Source: Mobula hypostoma
Lineage: Eukaryota
Assembly: GCF_963921235.1 (NCBI RefSeq)
Contig: NC_086108.1
Span: forward strand, 36,768,001 to 36,832,000
Length of the DNA: 64,000 nucleotides
Direction: 5' to 3'
The notes under the pieces are model-generated. The model made no database searches and was not told where the DNA came from. It saw nothing but the letters and a program-made list of their open reading frames with translations. Each line of letters starts with the position of its first letter. Position 1 is the first letter of the stretch. Of this stretch, positions 46,965-59,580 are shown piece by piece. A program made the translations under genes and the position numbers.

Positions 46965-49077
46965 TATGAAAGAGGCCATGAGTGTGAATTAAAAAGTAAT
47001 GGTAACGTGAGTTGCTTTGGTATGGTGAGCTTAGAAGGTAAGTGATGGTATCAAGATGATTGAAACATCAAGTGTGCTATCCCAACCCTTCTACCATACA
47101 ATACTTCTCAAACCTGCAATCTTTCCCATCCAGTTGAAGGGCAGAAATCACCAGGAACTATCTCTAAATCCCCTTCTAGCCTCCTAATATCTTCGTGTTT
47201 ACATTGGCATTGTTTCATAGTTACTGAACCTGAATCCTGCATCTCCCCGCCTAATGGTACTGTGAGAGTAGTTTCATTATACCCACTACAGTAGTTTAAG
47301 ACTTTAATTCACCTGCTTCCCAAAGACAACTGGAGATGGGCAATTGCTGCAATGAACATCTGGTGAATAAATTAAAAGAAATCAAATGCTTGGATATGTT
47401 ATTTCCTATCCTGAAAATATGATTTAAAAACCCTCACAGTCTTGTATTCAATGATATTCTTAAAAAAGAGTGCAATTTGGTACTGTATATTGCATTAAAA
47501 TCAAGTGGAGCAGATGTTAACAATAAGCTCATCCTGATGAGATACAGCATACAATAATGAGTATGTTGATAATGTTAATCTCAAAAGTCTATTTTTATTG
47601 TTCAAATGAATGCAATACTTGACATATCCATTATCTAAACCTACCATCTAGAATTCAATGCTAATATTGTACTGTGAAATGAGTGGATGTGGATGTGTCC
47701 AGTGATTATCAGAATTTTTCACTTTTGACCCTCAGCACTAATCATTAAAAGATGTTCAGTACCAGTAACAAATAATAATGAAATCTGGGCATGCCATTCA
47801 TGTGAAGCTTATGTTGACAACCTGTAAAGTTATATGTAATATTAAAGTAGCTGTTTGTCCACAGAGTTTTGCAATTTTTTAGCACATATGTTGTTTTGCT
47901 ATGCCTTCAAATGACTCTGAGTCATACACTCTAAAATGTCATTCAATGTCATTTGCAAAGGAAAAGATTTTAAAAGTGAATTGAAAATCATCAACGTTTA
48001 TCATATTGGTGCAGTCATTATAAACTGATGCATTATTCAACACCTTCAGGGCAAACATGCAGTAACTCAGACAGGACTAATGGTACAAATATCATTGATA
48101 TTCAGTTGAAAATTTTATTATGACCCACATTCATATTTTTCATGAGGAAATAGATTGTGCTATTTAAAATGGTAATACATAATTTGGATGATATATGGAG
48201 ATATGTTAAATTTACTGAAAAAATATCATAATACAACATATGTTACACTATAGGAATAAACAGTTTATATGATATTTGATGGACCCCTTTATTCTTCCCA
48301 AAATTTCCAAATTAGCTGCATTCTTCTTTATTATTAGAGAGAAGAGTTAGAAATACTACTTTAGGTCTCATCTGCATATGGTTACAACAATTATTTATAT
48401 TGCAGCATTCTAGTTTTATTAATGTTCTGTATTTATATCTTGTCTAATAAACACGCAATGGTAAAAATGGTGTACTGATAGCTTTAAAAACCTTGTTGCT
48501 GAATAGCTCAAAAATCTTCCTTGTTTCTGATATAAATTTTGTGTCAAATTGCTTCACAACTGTGCAGTTGTTAGGGTATAATAAATTAAAAAAAGAATTT
48601 TGATTTAATTTTTGTAACTGAAGTCTTGTAGGATGGCACATCATATTTTTCTGTTCCATTTGTTGACAGCCAATCCGAGGTGCTTAACGTGCCTAAGAAG
48701 TAGGTCACTGTATTGAGTATCTTTAATAATCCAAATATAATTGGTCTTGAATATCTAACTCTCCTACTAAATCACTCAGTGAATGTGGCCAAAAGGTCAC
48801 TTTCTCTATTGCACTTCTAAAGCTTTCATCTGCAGAGACTGACAACATCTAATTATTTAAATTTCTACATGTATTCTTTCCACTTTATTTCCTGTCTGTT
48901 ATAATAGGTAGCATTAAATTGCAATAATCTTTACTTATATTCATATAATTTATAGGTGCATGGCTTTATTCATTAGACATCCTCAGGTAGAGTGCAGGCT
49001 TGTATTCACTGGCTGTGAATCTCATTGCCGTCGTTTGGGCTCAATGGATGCTAATGAGCTGTGTGGAATTTACCATG

Positions 49078-49175
49078 TCCTGACGAAGGGTCTCGGCCTG
49101 AAACGTCGACTGCGCCTCTTCCTATAGATGCTGCTTGGCCTGCTGTGTTCACCAGCAACTTTGATGTATGTTTTT
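49078..49175 (+). mobile_element. 98-bp PLE-derived insertion starting at a hammerhead motif
   Basis: Perfect 14-bp TSD TGGAATTTACCATG (49064-49077, 49176-49189); motif GUC CUGACGA AGGGUCUCGGCCU GAAAC GUC GAC at 49077-49110. Confidence 0.88.
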
Positions 49176-49789
49176 TGGAATTTACCATGATTCATTTAAC
49201 CTCCTTGTTGGAAAGGCCAGCTGTGATTGTGTGTTCATGCATATTCAAACAATGCAGAATGGATAGGTTTGACCTCAATCAATGTGTAACACTCCAGTAC
49301 TGTCATATCAAAGGTACAATTTTTTATGCCCTGGACTCGATATGAGTCAACTCAGCATTTCGGAGCAGGAAGTGTCCTCCGTGAGAAGATGAGGGACCTC
49401 TCCTGCTGCTGGTTGCACGTCTTTCTGTTCATTGATTTTCGGGAGTACTAGTTGCTGCATGTTACAAGCTAGCTTTTCACAGGAAGTGCATGTGTATGCC
49501 TTTAAGTTTAGAGAGACTATTGATGTTTTCTCCTGTGTGTGTCTGACCGTTGAACGGTGGGGAATGAAGCGTGGGACCTGAAGTAGATGGAGGAGGGAAA
49601 TTCTCAGGAAACTCTCTTCATCAAAAGTATTTGAGGAACATTTTTCTAAATATATCTTAGCAAGGACTAATGCCTTGAGAGACTTGGTTGAATGAACAGC
49701 TAGTTATGGTGTCAATATGCCACATGTTAATATGCAGAACAAGGCCGGTAACTGGAAGGGTATGGTAGCCATGTCACGTTATTCTAAGC

Positions 49790-50571
49790 CAGGGGTCCCC
49801 CAACCTTTTTTGCACTGTGGACCGCTTTAATATTGACAATATTCTTGCGGACCAGCCAACTGGGGTTGGGGTGGTGGTGTTGTTAATCACGACCGGAATA
49901 TAGGTGATAAGTCAACTATAAGTCACTTACCAGTGACTAGTTCACTCAATTTCATTTCTAAAGGGGTTTATTGAACAAATTTAATATTAAACACACAGCG
50001 CATATTTTTCTTGCATGAATGTAGTGATAAGTTAATTATAACAGTGGTCCCAAACCTCCGGGCCGTGGACCAATACACTGCCGTGAAGAATGCAGCAGTA
50101 CAGCGGTGGCCGGAACACACCCAGCACATCTTTAAGAAAAAAGCCAATATAAACAAGCTAATCGATTAGGTGCTGCCCGGCACGTAAATGTTGGCCCAGA
50201 TCAAAGGCGACACAATCGACAATCAACCTTGACTTTGATCCAGAATACCGACAGAGATGTTATGTCAAACATACTTTTCAGCCCACCGTCATTTGCAAGC
50301 TCGAGGAGTTGATCTTTTTCCCACGCTGACATGGAAGATTCACCGGAAACATTCACAAATGGGTCACGGACCTATTCCTTTGCACGTCTTGGGTCACTGA
50401 TGACCTCGTGTGCATTGAAGTTCAACAGTGGGCGTGACAGGGAATGAGGAAAGTTGCAGCTGACTCATATTTCATATCGCCAAATCATATCGTTCCCTCG
50501 CGGCCTGTGGCCCGGTAGCACGTGCTTTGCGGCCTGGTACCGGTCCGTGGGCCGGTGGTTGGGGACCACTG
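49790..50571. mobile_element. hAT (Charlie-like) non-autonomous element
   Basis: TIRs CAGGGGTCCCC / GGGGACCACTG; perfect 8-bp TSD TTCTAAGC (49782-49789, 50572-50579). Confidence 0.9.
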
Positions 50572-51060
50572 TTCTAAGCCTTTGCAGTGGTCAACACCAT
50601 AAAAGCACACAGTAATGAAATTTGGTAATGTGTCCTTTGTACTGCAGGTAAATGGAATTCATCTTCTTCACATGTAGAGAATGAGAGGCAGTAGGATCTC
50701 ATGGATATCTGGTAACAGAGTCTGCAGCAGTGCATCGCTGGCTCCATATTGGAGTGAGAATATTACATTTAAACACTGAGGTGGTCCAAAATAACAATAG
50801 TTTACTTTGTCTGAACAGTTGGTAGAAATGTAGAAAGTAGGAGCAGGGGTCAGCCATTTAGCCCTTTAGATCTGCTCTGCCTTTCAATACAACATATCTG
50901 ATTCTTTGTCACAGTATTATAAACCCACTCTCTCCCCATCAAATGATTTCTTCTGTACCTGGAAACCTTTCTATCACCTACTCATGCTCTGATTTCCTCT
51001 GCCTTCTGTGGTGGAGATTTCCACAGATTCACAACGCTCTAAGTGGAGACATTTCTCTTC

Positions 51061-51447
51061 AAGCAACACACATCAAAGTTGCTGGTGAACACAGCAAGCC
51101 AGGCAGCATCTCTAGGAAGAGGTACAGTCGATGTTTCGGGCCGAGATCCTTCATCAGGACTAACTGAGAGAAGAGCTAGTAAGAGATTTGAAAGTGGAAG
51201 GGGGAGGGGGAGATCCAAAATGATAGGAGATGACAGGAGGGGGAGGGATGGAGCCAAGAGCTGGACAGGTGATTGGCAAAAGGGATACGAGAGGATCATG
51301 GGACAGGAGGCCCAGGGAGAAGGAAAAGGGGGAGGGGGGAAACGCAGAGGATGGGCAAGGGGTATAGTCAGAGGGACAGAGGGAGAAAAAGGAGAGAGAG
51401 AGAGTAAGAATGTGTGTATATAAATAAATAACGGATGGGGTACGAGG
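51061..51447 (-). mobile_element. Penelope-like terminal-repeat insertion with hammerhead motif
   Basis: Same family as 7248 and 20641; TSD TCTCTTC(A) at 51054 and 51448; motif at 51126-51161 (-) AGUC CUGAUGA AGGAUCUCGGCCC GAAAC AUC GACU. Confidence 0.85.
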
Positions 51448-51782
51448 TCTCTTCAGCTCAGTTCTTAAAAAAAAAATCAATTCTGAAGCTGTGACTCCTG
51501 TTCTTGAACCCTAACCTGTGGAAATGTCCTCTCTGCCATCTAATATGTCAAGTCACATCAGAATTTTGAGTTCATGGAGATCCCATCTCATTCTTCTAAA
51601 TTCTCGTGAATACAAGCCTAGCTATCCTAAACTCTCCTTGCATAGCACCCCTGCCATCTCAGGAATCTCCACTGCACTTCCTTGATGGCATGAACATCCT
51701 TTCTGAGGAAAGGCAACCACACATACTGTACACACAATACTTGAAGTGTGGTCTCACCAAAGCCCTGTAGAATTGTAGCACA

Positions 51783-53916
51783 ACATAGAAACATAGAAAC
51801 ATAGAAAATAGGTGCAGGAGTAGGCCATTCGGCCCTTCGAGCCTGCACCGCCATTTATTATGATCATGGCCGATCATCCAACTCAGAACCCCGCCCCAGC
51901 CTTCCCTCCATACCCCCTGACCCCAGTAGCCACAAGGGCCATATCTAACTCCCTCTTAAACATAGCCAATGAACTGGCCTCAACTGTTTCCTGTGGCAGA
52001 GAATTCCACAGATTCACCACTCTCTGTGTGAAGAAGTTTTTCCTAATCTCGGTCCTAAAAGGCTTCCCCTCTATCCTCAAACTGTGACCCCTCGTTCTGG
52101 ACTTCCCCAACATCGGGAACAATCTTCCTGCATCTAGCCTGTCCAATCCCTTTAGGATTTTATACGTTTCAATCAGATCCCGCCTCAATCTTCTAAATTC
52201 CAACGAGTACAAGCCCAGTTCATCCAGTCTTTCTTCATATGAAAGTCCTGCCATCCCAGGAATCAACCTGGTGAACCTTCTTTGTACTCCCTCTATGGCA
52301 AAGATGTCTTTCCTCAGATTAGGGGACCAAAACTGCACACAATACTCCAGGTGTGGTCTCACCAAGGCCTTGTACAACTGCAGTAGTACCTCCCTGCTCC
52401 TGTACTCGAATCCTCTCGCTATAAATGCCAGCATACCATTCGCCTTTTTCACCGCCTGCTGTACCTGCACGCCCACTTTCAATGACTGGTGTATAATGAC
52501 ACCCAGGTCTCGTTGCACCTCCCCTTTTCCTAATCGGCCACCATTCAGATAATAATCTGTTTTCCTATTTTTGCCACCAAAGTGGATAACTTCACATTTA
52601 TCCACATTAAATTGCATCTGCCATGAGTCTGCCCACTCACCCAACCTATCCAAGTCACCTTGCATCCTCTTAGCATCCTCCTCACTGCTAACACTGCCAC
52701 CCAGCTTCGTGTCATCCGCAAACTTGGAGATGCTGCATTTAATTCCCTCATCCAAGTCACTAATATATATTGTAAACAACTGGGGTCCCAGCACTGAGCC
52801 TTGCGGTACCCCGCTAGTCACCGCCTGCCATTCTGAAAAGGTCCCGTTTATTCCCACTCTTTGCTTCCTGTCTGCTAATCAATTCTCCACCCACACCAAT
52901 AACTTACCCCCAATACCATGTGCTTTAAGTTTGCACACTAATCTCCTGTGTGGGACCTTGTCAAAAGCCTTTTGAAAATCCAAATATACCACATCCACTG
53001 GTTCTCCCCTATCCACTCTACTAGTTACATCCTCAAAAAATTCTGTGAGATTCGTCAGACATGATTTTCCTTTCACAAATCCATGCTGACTTTGTCCGAT
53101 CATTTCACCGCTTTCCAAATGTGCTGTTATCACATCCTTGATAACTGACTCCAGCAGTTTCCCCACCACCGACGTTAGGCTAACCGGTCTATAATTCCCC
53201 GGTTTCTCTCTCCCTCCTTTTTTAAAAATTGGGGTTACATTAGCCACCCTCCAATCCTCAGGAACTAGTCCAGAATCTAACGAGTTTTGAAAAATTATCA
53301 CTAATGCATCCACTATTTCTTGGGCTACTTCCTTAAGCACTCTAGGATGTAGACCATCTGGCCCTGGGGATTTATATGCCTTCAATCCCTTCAATTTACC
53401 TAACACCACTTCCCTACTAACATGTATTTCACTCAGTTCCTCCATCTCACTGGACCCTCTGTCCCTTACTATTTCTGGAAGATTATTTATGTCCTCCTTA
53501 GTGAAGACAGAACCAAAGTAATTATTCAATTGGTCTGCCATGTCCTTGCTCCCCATAATCAATTCACCTGTTTCTGTCTGCAGGGGACCTACATTTGTCT
53601 TTACCAGTCTTTTCCTTTTTACATATCTATAAAAGCTTTTACAGTCCCTTTTTATGTTCTCTGCCAGTTTTCTCTCATAATCTTTTTTCCCCTTCCTAAT
53701 TAAGCCCTTTGTCCTCCTCTGCTGAACTCTGAATTTCTCCCAGTCCTCAGGTGAGCCACTTTCTCTGGCTAATTTGTATGCTACTTCTTTGGAATTGATA
53801 CTATCCCTAATTTCTCTTGTCAGCCACGGGTGCACTACCTTCCTTGATTTATTCTTTTGCCAAACTGGGATGAACAATTGTTGTAGTTCATCCATGCAAC
53901 CTATAAATGCTTGCCA
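51783..53916 (-). mobile_element. Young 5'-truncated CR1 LINE; ORF2 open apart from one TGA
   Basis: ORFs 52879..53895 and 51883..52857 are in frame, separated by VEN*LADRKQR (W codon to stop); tail (ATGTTTCT)n. Confidence 0.95.
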
Positions 53917-54974
53917 TATGTGCTTGTACTCAAACCTTTTGCATTGAAGGTCAACATACCATTTACTTTCTTAGTTACCTGTGGAACCTCCCTGTTTGCT
54001 TCTAGAGACTGGTGTACAAGGACGCTTGTGTCCCTTCGTGTATTAACATTTCCCAGCCTACCAGAATAAATAACTTCATATTTTTCCATTTTATGCTGTC
54101 TCTGTCCACTCACACAACTTGTCCAAACGCTTTGACGCTTCTTTAGTCACAACAACCCACAATTCCGCTTAGCCTGGCATTTCTGGTGAACATAGAGGAA
54201 TTATATTCTGTTGTCTTATCCAGATCCTTGATAAGTATTATGAATAATGGGGCCCAAGCACAGATCACTATGGTAACGTGTAAGCTGGATGTATGATGAA
54301 GGGAGGTGTAGTGATACTGATTGTGATGGTTGACTAGCTAGCTGCATGTGCGATTTCTGAGATGTGAGGTGTTTAACTTATATTTTTCTTGCTCTTGCCT
54401 TCTTGAATGATGCTACATGCCCGTGATACTGTTATAAGTAAGTTTTTCATTGCACCTGTGGATATGACAATAAATTTGACTTTCATTGCGATTCTTAATA
54501 CTACTAATTAGTGATGGTCCATGTGAGATCATTAGTCTACCCCTGGTGGGAATGTGTTGAATTGAGCAGATTATCAGGCTAATGGCTCAGCTGATTGGAG
54601 GTGGGATCTAAGATGTATTCATTGATAGAGAATATGCACGTGTAGTTAGCGAAGGTTTCACAGCACCACATCCAAATGTACTAGCTGATGCTGCGTTTCT
54701 GGCACTGGCCTTTGTCAGTTGTCTCCTCTCACTGTCAGCTCAGAGTAAATGTCGGGGCCTCCTGAGCTCAGTAGGTAGATCAGAAAATTCAGGTATCTAT
54801 CTCCCCTGTGTTCATTCTGCTAACCCCTTCCGGAACATTGTCACCAAGCACTCTCTCTTGCAGACTTGACTCAAACGGATCCAGCTTGTTTGAACTGCTG
54901 TTCGCCAGTCACTAAGCTGATGTGAATACTGATGTGCAAATAAATCAACAGTTATCTTATAAACCCAAATTTTG

Positions 54975-55230
54975 CAGATACTGGAAATCCAAAGCAACAC
55001 ACACAAAATGCTGGAGGAGCTCAGCGGGTGAGGTAGCATCCACAGGAGCGAATAAGTAGTCAGCGTTTTTGGCTGAGTCCATTCTTCAGGACTGGAAAGG
55101 GAGGGATGGATGTTAGGATAAAAAAGTGGGAAGGAGGGGAAGGAGGATAACTAGAAGGTGATAGGTGAAGCCAAGGGGGTAGGAAACGTAAACGGCTGGA
55201 CAGGAAGGGATCTACTAAGGGAGTGGACCA
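54975..55230 (-). mobile_element. Older PLE terminal-repeat fragment with degenerate hammerhead
   Basis: Shares CACACAAAATGCTGGAGGA with other PLE copies; minus 55058-55093 AGUC CUGAAGA AUGGACUCAGCCA AAAAC GCU GACU. Confidence 0.7.
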
Positions 55231-57930
55231 TATCTCAGCACATGCTGGCCACTCAAATATGTATAGGATAAAATCTGTGTGAGACTTATACTGAGCCAGA
55301 TGCGGAGTGGGTAGGGGAGAGGTTAAATTCTTCAGCACTGTTCAGTCCAGCTACTTCTCTGCAATGTAAGCTGCTGTCTTAAGTAAATATCTGGGTGACA
55401 TGGCATCTAAAATGCATTTAAAAGTGACTTTGACCAATTTTATACCCATTAAAAATCTCATTTAAATTCCATAACACACGCAGTGCCAGTCAATTGTTGT
55501 AACGTGGAGCATTTATTAATGAAAAAAAACTGGTTTGAATATTTTATCAGGAAGTTTTCTGTCATGCCAGAGCAAAGTTTAGCAATTAGCTTTGACCAAT
55601 AAATCCAGGAAACAAGGATTCTGTATTCTAATGGTATACTAAATTAATTCAGAGCTCTGTGTTGGTCATGTAACAAGGCTAAAATAGTCTGCCACTAATG
55701 CCTTCCTTAAAAGAAAAGCTGTTATTTGTGTCTCAGCACTACTACACTACAGATTGCACTGATATATTGATTGCCTCTAGCATTCTCTCCCTCCAAAGAC
55801 CATCAGCAAAATACAGAGAATATGTTAATGATACCATTTATTGAGTTAATATCGATCAATGTGCTTTATTTGGGTAAATGCACATATGAGAGAATACTAA
55901 ATGAATTGGCATAAATGATTACAAAAGGTGAATCCAGTTGTGCCAGTTCAATAACGTTTAACTCTTTAAACAAAACACAAGCTGAGTTTTCATACTGTGT
56001 ATAAACAGCTTCCCATTTTCTAAAGCTCCGATAAAATGAGCTGTATCATTGATTGAAATGGTGAATGCACTGTCTGATTTTATGTCTTTTGAAAGGTCCA
56101 GCTGGTATTTTAAAGCCGCCTTTCTCAGTCTGTGCTATTGACATTGAAATCAACCCTCAATTGTCTGCCTACTAGTGATGAAGAGTGACTAGGGAGAAGG
56201 TCTGTCAGAGATTTATTTTTCTCTTTTGTGAGACTGCTGACTAGTCCTGAATAATTTGCCTCTGTGGTATCTCTGGAGGTGCAATATTGGGGATTTGTAC
56301 GAAGCTGGAGCATTTTATCATCAAATTAAATATATTGTGCATGTAAAAAAATGAACTTTATTGGTGCTACATTGTAAAAAAAATTGATTTTTCATGCAAA
56401 ACCTCCATCTGCTCCCATGCTTCATCAATGTGTGACCTTTTCACACTGGCTATTGTTTTCAAGCACTCTAAGTAGGTGAACAGTTCTGTGTCACAGATGT
56501 GCAGCCACTTGATGTTGACAAGACAAAATGTGGTTGCAAAGTCTCTTTTATCTCCTCACTCGGTGTTATAGGCAGGATGAAGTCAGATGAACAAGTAAAA
56601 TATCAAATAAATCCTCTGGAACAGATGTAACTGAACTCAAAGATATCTGCAAATCCTGAAGAAACTAACTGGATTCTTATTGAAACAAATTACTTACTTT
56701 CGGAATTTGAAATTTTGGAACACATACAAACCTGTTGTTTTTCTTTGCTATTGTATATTGTGATGTATTGCCAGTTGTGTGGGTGTGAGGATGCTAGTTT
56801 TTGTGATAGACTAGAATTACTAGTGTATTGGTTTCATAAAGTAAATTATTCACTTTCTGATTTACTGCACACATGAAAATCATGTTGAATTTCTTGTAAA
56901 CAAAACAAGTCTGATACATGTTGGAAATGCAGCTGTCAGCACCCGAAAGAGAAAATTAGCCTAATGGCTGAATTGGTATGTGTCATTTAAGATATTGGCA
57001 GCCTCTTTCAATCCCAGAAAGACAGAAAGCTGCTCCTGGATTGTTCCTCAATATGATGCTACTCAATTTTTACTTCACCTAAATTGGTGATACAGAATAT
57101 AATAACCACAGTGAAAAATAAATCTACTGTGATTGTTTGTGGTTTGGCAAAGCTTCTTATCTGCAAGATCATGAGTCTGAGGTTGTTAAAAGCTTGTAAT
57201 TAGCCAAGTCTTCTGGAAACTACATAATTTTTAATCAATTTCCAAAAACAAAACAAGACCTAATTGGGTCAAAGGGTCCTCATGGCCAGAGAACAGCATT
57301 AACAACATAATTTTTTCATTAGTTATTTAAGGAACCATTTCTATCAGTGAATTTTCAATTAGTTCACAATTTTTAATGGGATTCATGTTAACTTTCCAAT
57401 GAGTTTGGAAAGATTATAAAGGTGGATGTGGGTTATTAGATGGAGGGGGTTGCCAATGCATGGGAGAGTCAGACTTTCTTTGTAGCACAGTTTTCAGAGC
57501 TACATCTCACACACAGTCTAATAAGTTTGTATTTCTTGGTTTCCTGCCTGATTAGGTCTGATCAAGCAAAATAAAGACTCAGTCCTAATATTTAACTGCA
57601 CGTTGCTAGCATTAGTTTATGATGCATTTTAGAGATGGCAGGAGAATGGAGAAAAAAGGAAATAAAAATGGAATTGTGAACTCACCAAAGCTGCTTCTCA
57701 TTCTGTTAACACAACCTATTCCGATTCTGGATTCAGTCATTTGGTGAAAAGTGACCAAGCTGCCTCATTCTTGATATGTAAGTTTATCCACCATAAATAA
57801 ACTGCCCTCTTTAGCCTACTAAAGTATGCCTCTCCTCACCATGATGTTCTGCAGGTGCATCCATCCCTCTTCCTCATATGCCTATCTATGTGATGGTGTT
57901 GGGTTTGCCAACCACAAAGTTATAAATTCA

Positions 57931-58611
57931 AACGGTGTCAAGATCTCTGAGGATCTAACCTGGTCCCAACATATCGATATAGTTATAAAGAAGGCAAGAC
58001 AGCGGCTATACTTTATTAGGAGTTTGAAGAGATTTGGCATGTCAACAAATACACTCAAAAACTTCTATAATTGTACCATAGAGAGCATTCTGACAGGCTG
58101 CATCACTGTCTGGTATGGAGGGGCTACTGCACAGGACCGAAAGAAGCTGCAGAAAGTTGTAAATCTAGTCAGCTCCATCTTGGGCACTAGCCTACAAAGT
58201 ACCCAGGATACCTTTAGGGAGCGGCGTCTCAGAAAGGCAGCGTCCATTATTAAGGTCCTCCAGCACCCAGGGCATGCCCTTTTCTCACTGTTACCATCAG
58301 GCAGGAGATACAGAAGCCTGAAGGCACACACTCAGCGATTCAGGAACAGCTTCTTCCCCTCTACCATCCGATTCCTAAATGGACATTGAAGCTTTGGACA
58401 CGACCTCAATTTTTTAATATACAGTATTTCTGTTTTTGCACGTTTTAAAAAATCTATTCAATACACGTAATTGATTTACTTGTTTATTTATTATTATGTT
58501 TTGTTTTATTTATTTTGTTTTCTCTCTCTCTCTGCTAGATTAAACTGCTGCTGCTGAGTTAACAAATTTCACGTCACATGCCGATGATAATAAACCTGAT
58601 TTTGATTCTGA
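57931..58611 (+). mobile_element. Rex1/Babar-like LINE, 5'-truncated
   Basis: GVKISEDLTWSQHIDIVIKKARQRLYFIRSLKRFG...IESILTGCITVWYG...RFRNSFFPSTIRFLN; AATAAA followed by a (TGATTY)n tail. Confidence 0.9.
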
Positions 58612-58850
58612 CCTTAAGCCATATTGGATATAAATAGCCATGAGTACTCTCACTAAAGGAAGATTATACTGTAATTACCTAATCTAGTTAACTTCTCTGT
58701 TTATTCTCCATGGAGAGTTTATCTGCCAATACTCACTGGTGAGTCCTCTCTCCCTAACAAGGAGAAGATTCTTTCAGCTAACAAAATAGTTTAAAACACA
58801 TGCTCATTTAATTTCAGTGACACACATATGAATTCAAACAATGTTCTTAA

Positions 58851-59580
58851 AAGCAACGCACAAAATGCTGGAGGAACTCAGCAAGTCAGGCAGCATCTAT
58901 GGAAATGAATAAGCAGTCGATGCTTCTGACCGAGACCCTTCTTCTGGACTGGAAAGGAAAGTGGAAGATGCCAGAATAAAAAGGCCAGGGGAGCGGAAGG
59001 AGGGTAGCAAGAAGGTGATAGGTGAAGCCAGGTGGGTAGGAAAGATAAATACTGAAGAGGAATTTGATAGGAGATCATAGGAGAAATGGAACGAGGAGAG
59101 GACCCAGGGGGAGGTGATGGGTAGGTGAGAAGATGTAAGAGGCCAGAGTAGAGAATAGAAAAAGAGGGGAGGGGGAGGAAAAATATTTTTTACCAGGAGG
59201 AGAAATTAATACTCATGCCACAAGTTGGAGGCTATCCAGATAGTAAATAATGTGTTGTTCTTCTACCCTAAATGTGGCCTCATCTCAGCACAAGAGGAGG
59301 CCAATGACTAACATGTCAGAATGGGAATGGAAATAGGAATTAAAATGTTTGGCCACCAGAAAGTTCTGCTTTTGGCAGGTGGAGGGGAGCTGCTCATCCA
59401 AGCTGCCCCCCCAATTTACAAAGTATCTCAGAGGTCGCATTGGAAGCACTGGACACAATAACAACCCCAGCAGATTTGCAGGTGAAATGTTGCCTCACCT
59501 GGAAGGATGGAGATTATTGGGGGGGGGATGGATGGACAAGGGATTTATGGAGGGAGTAAACCCTTCGGAAAGCAGTTTTT
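58851..59580 (-). mobile_element. Penelope-like element 3' fragment with GIY-YIG remnant
   Basis: Minus translation SFQVRQHFTCKSAGVV...VAKHFNS...HSHSDML...RVEEQH; terminal repeat with a decayed hammerhead at ~58915-58950. Confidence 0.75.

Larger units (their letters stand above)
50826..54275 (-). mobile_element. Old CR1 3' fragment hosting two younger insertions
   Basis: Diverged CR1 pieces at 50826-51060, 51448-51782 (RALVRPHFKYCV) and 53917-54275 (ORF 53901..54113) are collinear. Confidence 0.75.

Noticed and set aside
57826..58389. 187-aa ORF that could be taken for a host gene
   Set aside because: From ~57931 it is the C-terminus of a Rex1/Babar-like LINE with its own poly(A) signal and tail; the upstream part is flank read-through.
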